Of a stretch of DNA of 64,000 nt, positions 16,926 through 24,043 are shown one piece after another. The DNA is from a virus. Its lineage: Duplodnaviria; Caudoviricetes. Numbering within the stretch: position 1 is the first letter of the stretch; each line of letters begins with the position of its first letter. A program made the translations under genes and the position numbers. The stretch is from positions 8,267-72,266 of the IMG/VR virus record IMGVR_UViG_3300046795_000082; one strand, 5' to 3'. The notes under the pieces are model-generated. The model was not told where the DNA came from. It saw only the letters and a list, made by a program, of their open reading frames with translations, and searched no databases.

Positions 16926-19908
16926 TCACCCGCCGGGCTGTCGCGGCTGCGTCCTCGACGACAAGGGCGAGGGCTTCGCGCCGGCTGACGGCCCACCTGA
17001 GAGCTGGCTGCTGCTGGTCGGTGAGGCGCTCGGGAAGGTCGAGGCGCTGACCGGCCGCCCCTTCGTCGGCGACGCGGGCGGGATGCTGACGCGACTGCTG
17101 AACCTCCTGGGGTGGAAGCGGGAGGCGATCCGCATCCACAACGCCATCAGCTGCCACCCGCCGCACGATTGGATGGATGAGCGTGCGCCCTGGTATTACC
17201 GCGCCCTGGGCCACTGCCCCTACCTGGAACAGACCCTCTACGAAGGCCACCAGGTCGTCGTGCCGATGGGCCAGACGGCGCTACGGCGCGTCATGCACCT
17301 GGAGCACCGCAAGAAGGTCCGCGTCCAGGACTTCCATGGGGCGCTCCTGCGTGACCCAGGAGACCGCTTCTCTGTCGTCCCCACCTTCCACCCCTCCTTC
17401 TTGCAGAGAGGGGCTCACAACCTCATTGGGACGGTTTTATGGGACCTTCTGAGAGCCGAGTCGGTCCGCGATCACGGGGTGCCGCCAGACGACCACAGCC
17501 TGGTCGTCGACCCGCCGATCGAGTGGTTCCGCGCCTGGGTCGACCAGGTCATCGCGGCACGCCAGCAGGACCCCGCCGCGTATCCCATCAGTAGTGACGT
17601 CGAGACGCCCGACAAGGCGGGCGGCAAGGACGAAGGCGAGATGACCGCTGACGACCGCTCGATGCAGCTCCTGCGGCACAACGTCAGCTGCCATCCGGAC
17701 GAAGGCGTGACCGTGCCGCACGACGGACCCTACATCGCCGAGCTGGCACGGCTCTATGCGTCGCCCGGCGCGATCTGGATGTGGAACAGAGAGTATGACT
17801 TCGTCCGCCAGGTCACCGCCGGCCTGCTCCGGGAAGACGACAGCACGCGTGTCGTGGACCTGATGTGGCTGTGGCACGTGCTCCAGAGCGACCTGCCGCG
17901 AGGCCTGGGATTCGTCGCGCCGTTCTATTCGAACTACGGGCCGTGGAAGCACCTGGCCGACGAAGACCCGGAGGGCTACGGCGCCATCGATGGCCTGCAG
18001 ACTCACCGCGTCGGCTTCGGCATCATCCGGGACCTGGTCGCGCAGGGAATCTACAAAGTCGCGATGCGCCACACCCACGAGCTGCTGACCAAGGTCCTGC
18101 GGCCGGCGCAGCTGGTCGGGGTGAAGGTCGACCGGCAGCGGCTGCTCGTCTTCAAGGCCGAGCTGATCGACAAGGCGCGCGAGCGCATCGACACCCTGCA
18201 GACACGCGTGCCGGCGAATCTGCTCCCGCTCACACCGAAGGAGGGCTACAAGCACCAGCCGGCAGCCACCCTCCTCCACGTTAAGGCCACGGCGTTCACC
18301 CGGAAGGGGACGCCGCGGGCCGGCAAACCCTCGTCGGAAATCAAGCAGGAGCTGTATGCGCGTGCCCAGATCGTCGAGAAGCTCGTCCTCAAGGAAGTCC
18401 TCACCTGTCGGACGTGCGGCGCTACCGACCTTGATCGACGCCACCGCTGCGCTTCTGCTCAGAACCCTCACGCTCTACCGCCAGCTCTTGACCTGGCAGT
18501 CGCGTCCGTTCGGCGCTGGTACTGGCAGGAGCCGCTCAACCCCGACTCGCCCAAGCAGATCCTCGCCTACATCAAGTTCCGCAAGCACCGCGCCGGCCGG
18601 CCGAAGAAGGGCGCGGCGAGCGAGTCGACCGACCGGGAAACGCTCGACCGGCTCGTAGCCCAGACCGGCGACCCGTTCTACGCGACGCTCCTGGACTACC
18701 GCGCCATCGCCAAGGTCAAGGGCACGTATGTGGAGGCGACCGAGCGGCTGCTCGACGCCGACGACCGGATCCACCCGGTGCCGACCTTCAAGCCCTCGAC
18801 CGGTCGGCTCAGCTACATGAATCCGAACATCACCAACGTCGTGGCCGACAAGGACGAGAAGCGCAACCTGGCCGCGGGGTTCCGGCGCTGCATCGTCGCC
18901 TCGCCCGGCTGCCGACTGCTGGAGGTCGACTTCGCCGGCATCGAGGCGGTCGAGACCGGGTGGTGCGCCAGGGACGCCGAGTACTACCGGCTCGCCGGCC
19001 TGGGCGTCCACGGCGCCTTGGTGACCCACGTGCTCGGGCAGCCCTACGACCCAGCCGACAGTGACGACGCACTGGGCGCGCTCTTCAAGCGGATGAAGGT
19101 CGAGCACCCAGACCTCTACGACCCGGCCAAGCGCTACATCCACGGGCGGGCCTATGGCCTGACGGTCGCCGGCATGGTGCTCCAGTTCCCGCACCTCTTC
19201 CCGCGCGTCGCGACCGCCGAGAAGTACGCCCGCATCTACGAACAGATGGCGCCGCTGGTGGCCGGCTGGCAGCGGACGACGCAGGAGCGGGCGAGCCGGC
19301 AGCACTTCCTCGGCGGCCAGGACCACCCGTTTGGCTACCGGCACTGGTTCTGGTCGGTCTACACCTACAAGCGGCTGACGCCGGTCCAGCACGCGCGCTT
19401 GTTAGCCAAGTATGAGAAGGCTGGCCAGGCGGCGCCGGTGGTCGACATCAACGGCCAGTGGTTCAAGGTCGGCCTGGGCGAGGACGGCAAGCGCGTGCTG
19501 GCGTTCTACCCGCAGTCGATCGCGGCGGCGATTCTGAAAGAAGCGCTGCTGCGCCTGTTCGCCGACCCGGACTCGCCGAGCTACATCGGGACGGCCTACT
19601 ACGGCAAGACGCCGCTCCGGGCGCCCATCCACGACTCGATGCTGCTGGAGGTGCCCACACGCGTGTGGGACCGGGTCTACGAGACGGTCTGCATGGAGAT
19701 GCAGCGGCCCATCCCGCAGCAGGCGCTGCCGGCCGAGTGGCAGCGCCCAGGCGAGTACGTCCGCATCGGCATCGCCGCGAAAGCCGGCCAGGACTGGGCG
19801 ACGATGGAGGACCTGGTCGTGCCGCACTACGCCGAGAGCTGGATCGCCAGCCCCATCGACGAGGCCGATGAAGACGACTGGAACGACCTCGCCCGCGTCA
19901 TCGCCTGA
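16912..19908 (+). CDS. polA: Family A DNA polymerase with N-terminal family-4 uracil-DNA-glycosylase-like domain and 3'-5' exonuclease
   Basis: UDG: CRGC, GEALG...GRPFVG.AG, TFHPSFL; Exo I DVET, Exo II NREYD, Exo III YGAID; Pol motif A EVDFAGIE, B AKRYIHGRAYG, C IHDS. Confidence 0.92.
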   Translation: MPRLSHPPGCRGCVLDDKGEGFAPADGPPESWLLLVGEALGKVEALTGRPFVGDAGGMLTRLLNLLGWKREAIRIHNAISCHPPHDWMDERAPWYYRALGHCPYLEQTLYEGHQVVVPMGQTALRRVMHLEHRKKVRVQDFHGALLRDPGDRFSVVPTFHPSFLQRGAHNLIGTVLWDLLRAESVRDHGVPPDDHSLVVDPPIEWFRAWVDQVIAARQQDPAAYPISSDVETPDKAGGKDEGEMTADDRSMQLLRHNVSCHPDEGVTVPHDGPYIAELARLYASPGAIWMWNREYDFVRQVTAGLLREDDSTRVVDLMWLWHVLQSDLPRGLGFVAPFYSNYGPWKHLADEDPEGYGAIDGLQTHRVGFGIIRDLVAQGIYKVAMRHTHELLTKVLRPAQLVGVKVDRQRLLVFKAELIDKARERIDTLQTRVPANLLPLTPKEGYKHQPAATLLHVKATAFTRKGTPRAGKPSSEIKQELYARAQIVEKLVLKEVLTCRTCGATDLDRRHRCASAQNPHALPPALDLAVASVRRWYWQEPLNPDSPKQILAYIKFRKHRAGRPKKGAASESTDRETLDRLVAQTGDPFYATLLDYRAIAKVKGTYVEATERLLDADDRIHPVPTFKPSTGRLSYMNPNITNVVADKDEKRNLAAGFRRCIVASPGCRLLEVDFAGIEAVETGWCARDAEYYRLAGLGVHGALVTHVLGQPYDPADSDDALGALFKRMKVEHPDLYDPAKRYIHGRAYGLTVAGMVLQFPHLFPRVATAEKYARIYEQMAPLVAGWQRTTQERASRQHFLGGQDHPFGYRHWFWSVYTYKRLTPVQHARLLAKYEKAGQAAPVVDINGQWFKVGLGEDGKRVLAFYPQSIAAAILKEALLRLFADPDSPSYIGTAYYGKTPLRAPIHDSMLLEVPTRVWDRVYETVCMEMQRPIPQQALPAEWQRPGEYVRIGIAAKAGQDWATMEDLVVPHYAESWIASPIDEADEDDWNDLARVIA

Positions 19909-19920
19909 CCATCAACCGAC

Positions 19921-19948
19921 TTGACAAAGCATATGCTTCTGATATGCT
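19921..19948 (+). promoter_or_regulatory. sigma70-like promoter with overlapping 19-bp operator
   Basis: TTGACA-N16-TATGCT; GCATATGCTTCTGATATGC (19929-19947) identical to 62555-62573. Confidence 0.75.
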
Positions 19949-19963
19949 TAGTGGATGGTCACA

Positions 19964-20131
19964 ATGAATGCGACACTCACCGCAGACGAAGCCGAACTGC
20001 TGGCGCTCTTCCGCCAGATCGGCCCCACGAAACGCGACGCGCTGCTCAAATTCGTCCGCACCATGCCACGAGCCATCGTCGTCGTCACTGACGCACAAGG
20101 CGGGGAGAAAAAGCCGGACGTGGCGTCGTGA
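19964..20131 (+). CDS. Small hypothetical protein
   Basis: MNATLTADEAELLALFRQI..., first ORF after the promoter, coupled to next gene. Confidence 0.55.
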   Translation: MNATLTADEAELLALFRQIGPTKRDALLKFVRTMPRAIVVVTDAQGGEKKPDVAS

Positions 20132-20277
20132 CCTGGGTGCTGCTCGGGTCGACAGACCTGAGCGAGGAACAACGCATTGCCCTGGGCTGCCGGCCGCGCA
20201 CGTGGCGCGGCTGGTGGTTCTGGGTCCGCTACTGGTCGCCGCCCGCGCTGTGGTGGCAACGATTGAGGGGACGCTGA
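20128..20277 (+). CDS. Trp/Arg-rich small protein
   Basis: GTGA overlap upstream, TGATG overlap downstream. Confidence 0.45.
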   Translation: MTWVLLGSTDLSEEQRIALGCRPRTWRGWWFWVRYWSPPALWWQRLRGR

Positions 20278-20540
20278 TGGGAAACCGCGTCTCTCCCATC
20301 ACTGGTCCAGCGCCGCCGAAATACCGCCAGTTGCCCTGCCCGACGTGTGGACACCTACGGCGCGTCATCAATGGGCACTGGCTGCGCTACGTGCGACAGG
20401 CGGCTGGACTCGACCAACGACGACTCGGCAAGATGATTTGCGTCAGCGGGCCGTATCTGAGCGACCTTGAATCGAACCGGCGAGACTGTCCGCTCGACGT
20501 GCTCGACGCCTGGGAGACACAATGGACGAGACGCCCGTGA
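20277..20540 (+). CDS. XRE-family HTH regulator with N-terminal Zn knuckle
   Basis: CPTCG then LRYVRQAAGLDQRRLGKMICVSGPYLSDLESNRR. Confidence 0.75.
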   Translation: MGNRVSPITGPAPPKYRQLPCPTCGHLRRVINGHWLRYVRQAAGLDQRRLGKMICVSGPYLSDLESNRRDCPLDVLDAWETQWTRRP

Positions 20541-20707
20541 CGGAAGATGTCGTGACCCTGACGCGCGAAGAGGCCGACTTGCTGTATCACCTGCTGCGGT
20601 CGCTCTGCATCGTCGGTCCCAGTCACACGCTGCACATCGGTGGGCACGTCGTCGAACCGCCGCAACGAAAGCCGAGGAGACACAATGGACGAGACGCTCT
20701 TGACTGA
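20522..20707 (+). CDS. Hypothetical protein flanked by a 22-nt direct repeat
   Basis: GGAG RBS; shares RBS and first codons with next gene. Confidence 0.5.
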   Translation: MDETPVTEDVVTLTREEADLLYHLLRSLCIVGPSHTLHIGGHVVEPPQRKPRRHNGRDALD

Positions 20708-20900
20708 ACTGATTCGCCGACAGACCTCGGCGTCTGTCGTAACCGTGATTACCCGCACCATCGACACCACCGCCGAGGAGATGGCCAGAGACATCCTGCG
20801 CGAGCCAGCCTTCCGCGACGCGATGCGGGAGCTGGTGCGGATCGCCTTCAACCACGCGCTGCAGCAGCTGAGTGAGCCGACGACGGGAGGGCAGCCGTGA
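20685..20900 (+). CDS. Hypothetical helical protein
   Basis: GGAG RBS, MDETLLTELIRR... Confidence 0.6.
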   Translation: MDETLLTELIRRQTSASVVTVITRTIDTTAEEMARDILREPAFRDAMRELVRIAFNHALQQLSEPTTGGQP

Positions 20901-21028
20901 ACGACGACGCCCAGGCGATCCGGTCCCAGCTGGAGACGATCCGGTCGCTGCTCTCGGAGATCCGCTACACGCTGGCTATCCTTGCCGGCGTCCTGGTGAT
21001 GCAGGCGCTAGGGCGGTGGTGGCCATGA
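20897..21028 (+). CDS. Small membrane protein
   Basis: GGAGG RBS, C-terminal hydrophobic helix, coupled overlaps. Confidence 0.5.
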   Translation: MNDDAQAIRSQLETIRSLLSEIRYTLAILAGVLVMQALGRWWP

Positions 21029-21549
21029 CCTACTACCCGACCCTCGCCGAGGACCTCACCCGCGCGAAGGAGATTCTGGCGAAGGGCAGCGGCGGAAAGT
21101 TCTCCGTCGAACTGGAGAAGCTGGGGCCGGAGCTGTACGCGCGCCTGACCGACCTCGCGGGCGGCACGATCTATGAGGCCGACACCTATGCCGCCTACAA
21201 GCTGCTGGAGAGCTTTGTCGCCGAGATCGAGCGGTTGCGCGCCGCCTATTCGCCGATGACTGACGATCCCTTCGACCACAACGGCGAGTGCAAGTTCTGC
21301 GATGAGCAGGCAATGCACCGGGCCGACTGCCCGTGGCTACTGCAGTTGATCGCGGAGCACGCGCGACTCGCCGCCGTCGAGCGCGAGCGGGACGATGAAC
21401 GACGTTGGGCAGGCTATGAGCGAGGGCGGGCGGAGCGCGCCGAGGCCGACGTCGCGAAGAAGAACGCCGCGCTCGCGGAGATTGCCGACGAGCCGGTCGT
21501 CACACCGGCCGTCACGATTGCGCGCGGCGCGCTGGGGTGGGACCAATGA
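21025..21549 (+). CDS. Hypothetical protein (CxxC...HxxxC)
   Basis: ATGA overlap; coiled-coil-like C-terminus. Confidence 0.6.
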   Translation: MTYYPTLAEDLTRAKEILAKGSGGKFSVELEKLGPELYARLTDLAGGTIYEADTYAAYKLLESFVAEIERLRAAYSPMTDDPFDHNGECKFCDEQAMHRADCPWLLQLIAEHARLAAVERERDDERRWAGYERGRAERAEADVAKKNAALAEIADEPVVTPAVTIARGALGWDQ

Positions 21550-21809
21550 CTTTCGGACGCAAGCCCTACTCGACGAAGTTCACCGCGCGGCAGAACCCGC
21601 AGCGCTATCTCCTCTCGGGGATCCCGCCAACCATGTGGACACGCGTGAAGGCGGGCGCGCGACAGGAAGGCATTTCGGTCCGCGCCCTGATTCTCCAGCT
21701 GCTGGACGACTGGCTGCAGCGACGCATCGACGACCAGGTCGTCAAGCACGCCGCCGACGACAGCGCCTGGGAGCCGCCGGTCACGGTCCCACCGGTCCAC
21801 CAGGACTAG
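21546..21809 (+). CDS. Ribbon-helix-helix (Arc/CopG-like) DNA-binding protein
   Basis: YLLSGIPPTMWTRVKAGARQEGISVRALILQLLDDWL. Confidence 0.65.
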   Translation: MTFGRKPYSTKFTARQNPQRYLLSGIPPTMWTRVKAGARQEGISVRALILQLLDDWLQRRIDDQVVKHAADDSAWEPPVTVPPVHQD

Positions 21810-21811
21810 CC

Positions 21812-21826
21812 GCCTCTCTGAGAGGC
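21812..21826. terminator. Possible terminator hairpin between convergent operons
   Basis: GCCTCT-CTG-AGAGGC right after the last plus-strand stop; no U-tract. Confidence 0.3.
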
Positions 21827-22051
21827 TCAGGCGTTCACCTGGGCCCTTCCCCCTGTCCCTAGCACCGATCGTCGTTCCTGGAGGCGCCTGGCCAGCCCGG
21901 TGGGGCGGTTTACTCGACGGTCAGCAAGTCCACGAAGTGTTCCGGGGACGTAGGCACTTCGCCGGGGTAGGGGGCTAGCTTCGCGAGGAGGTCCTCGTCG
22001 AGGGGAAACTCGGGGCCGCCCGGACTGGTCAGCTCGAACAGCCGGTCCGCC

Positions 22052-24040
22052 TTATTTTTTGGGGAGGCGGGACCACTCGGGCGGGACGAGGCCGGTGGCG
22101 CGGAGCGGGGCGTCTTCTCCGAGGACACTGCGTCGGAAGGCGCTGGTCCGGTTGGACGCGGCGAGGTCGTAGATTCGTCCATAGAACTCCTCGGGGCTCA
22201 TCCTACCACGCCCCCGCTCATTCCACAACTTCACGACCTGCTTCATAAACACCGGGTCCCGGCGCTGTTCGGGCGTGAAGAGTCCCTTGACGGCCTCCCA
22301 CGAAATCGACTGCCCCTGGTTCGGCACGAGCCCGCGGCCCTGCGCCGCGCGTGTCGTCGACTCCTGGTAGAGCGGATAGGCGCCCTTGAAGCCGAGTTTT
22401 GTGGGGCTGCCCGGAGAACTCCCGGTCACCCGGTCGACCAGCGGTCCGCCGCCGACCGGCAGCATCAGGGTGCCGGCGATATTGTGGACGTCGGAGGTGG
22501 CGCTACGCGGGTCCTCGGGGACGGAGATGTCGTTGTAGAAATTGCGAATCTTGTGCCCCTCGCCCAGCCGGGCGGAGATGTTCGCGTCACTGGGGTCGTC
22601 GAGAATCGACAGCGCATCGGCCATGTTCTCGTAGGTCTGCCACTTCATTTTCCGGGCTCGGGGATCGTCCCCGCCGGTCATCGCACGCGGGATGACGAGG
22701 TTCCCCTCCGGCGAATAGATGCCGAACTCGTTGGGGTCGTTCGTTTCGCTGAAGGCCCGAATCATGCGCGCCTTGTGCTCCGGCGACAGCTCGTTGAACC
22801 GGAAGCCGATATGCGCTTTCGCCTCGTCGATCTCCCGCATGATCTTCATCCGATACTTCACCAGGCGGTCCCCCGTCAGCTGGTGATCGTGAATCCACGC
22901 CTCACCCTGCTTGGTCCGTGTCACCACGTAGCGGTCGAACAGGGGGCGTGTGAAGGCCTCGTCGGACTGCTTGAACTGCCGCCAGTATTTCGCCAGTCGC
23001 TTCGACACCTCGATGTTGATCGGCCACTCGGTCCCCGCGCTTTGTGTCGCGAGCACGCCCGCGGCGGCGTTGCGGCTGATGCCGAAGGGGACGGCGAGCT
23101 GCGTAATCTCGTCGTCTCCGATCTTGCGGGCCCCCTGGTACCAGCCGCCGGCCCGCCGCTGGATACGCGGGGGCTCCATGCCGATGAGCGCATCGAGGTT
23201 CTCGGCGCCGTGGCCGACGAAGGCGTCGAGGATGCCTTGGTCGGAATAGCCACGCTCGCGCTCGGTGAGCATCGGGTAGGCGGGCCCCTGCTTGGGCACG
23301 ACGCGACGCACCTCCTCGGCGAGCCGGTGGATGTAAGCCGGGTCCTCGGCGGCGTCCTTCATGCCGGTCGTCAGGAGCGTCCCGGCCTGCTCGGCGGCGG
23401 CGGCGCGGATGGGGTCCTCGGGGAAGCGTGTCGAGACGAGCAGGCGTTCCCCGATCCGTTCGGTGGGGGCCCGGGACATCCGCAGGAACGGAGCGGCGGC
23501 CGCGAGGCCAGCTCCGGGCAGGTCGAGCTGGAGCGCCGCCCCACCTGGGGTCGTCGCGTCGGCCAGTTGCTCCATCAGCTGGTTGGGCCCAACCTGCGGC
23601 AAGCCGGTGAGGGTGTCGATGAACGGGCTGCCGGTCTGCGGCAGCGTCAGCTGCTGCCGGACGGCATCGACCGTAGCCTGCGTCTGCGGGTCACGCGTGA
23701 AGAGCGAGCCGAGATAGTCCTGCACGCCTTGGGGGAGGTACCGCTGGTAGCCGCTCCGCAGACCCGCGTAGGCGTCGCCGAAGGCCCTCGGCATGGCCGG
23801 CAGCTGGTCACCCATCGCCCCGAAGAAGCGGCTGATGCCGGCCCGGTCGGCGGCGGCGTCTCGCAGCGCCGGCTCCGGCGGTGCGGTCACCGGTGGCGCG
23901 CCGCCTTCACCCAAGTCGACCGGGACGCCGTTGACCGTCGCGAAGGTCATCGGCACTTGCCGGCTGTCGGCCGGCGCGGCGACCGGGGGCGGGGTTGCGA
24001 GGACCGTGCGACGCCGGAGCTTCTGCTGCGGATCAGCCAT
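22052..24040 (-). CDS. Virion/ejection protein with C-terminal DUF7178-like (HhH-glycosylase-like) domain
   Basis: Last gene of the ejection cluster; WY...AAGVLAT...KIRNFYNDI...TSDVH...QSISW pattern. Confidence 0.55.
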   Translation of the reverse strand: MADPQQKLRRRTVLATPPPVAAPADSRQVPMTFATVNGVPVDLGEGGAPPVTAPPEPALRDAAADRAGISRFFGAMGDQLPAMPRAFGDAYAGLRSGYQRYLPQGVQDYLGSLFTRDPQTQATVDAVRQQLTLPQTGSPFIDTLTGLPQVGPNQLMEQLADATTPGGAALQLDLPGAGLAAAAPFLRMSRAPTERIGERLLVSTRFPEDPIRAAAAEQAGTLLTTGMKDAAEDPAYIHRLAEEVRRVVPKQGPAYPMLTERERGYSDQGILDAFVGHGAENLDALIGMEPPRIQRRAGGWYQGARKIGDDEITQLAVPFGISRNAAAGVLATQSAGTEWPINIEVSKRLAKYWRQFKQSDEAFTRPLFDRYVVTRTKQGEAWIHDHQLTGDRLVKYRMKIMREIDEAKAHIGFRFNELSPEHKARMIRAFSETNDPNEFGIYSPEGNLVIPRAMTGGDDPRARKMKWQTYENMADALSILDDPSDANISARLGEGHKIRNFYNDISVPEDPRSATSDVHNIAGTLMLPVGGGPLVDRVTGSSPGSPTKLGFKGAYPLYQESTTRAAQGRGLVPNQGQSISWEAVKGLFTPEQRRDPVFMKQVVKLWNERGRGRMSPEEFYGRIYDLAASNRTSAFRRSVLGEDAPLRATGLVPPEWSRLPKK

Positions 24041-24043
24041 GGG

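Noticed and set aside
5343-19908. Definite DNA hypermodification pathway
   Set aside because: No thymidylate-synthase-like hydroxymethylase, TET/JBP or deazaguanine genes in the window; kept only as a hypothesis
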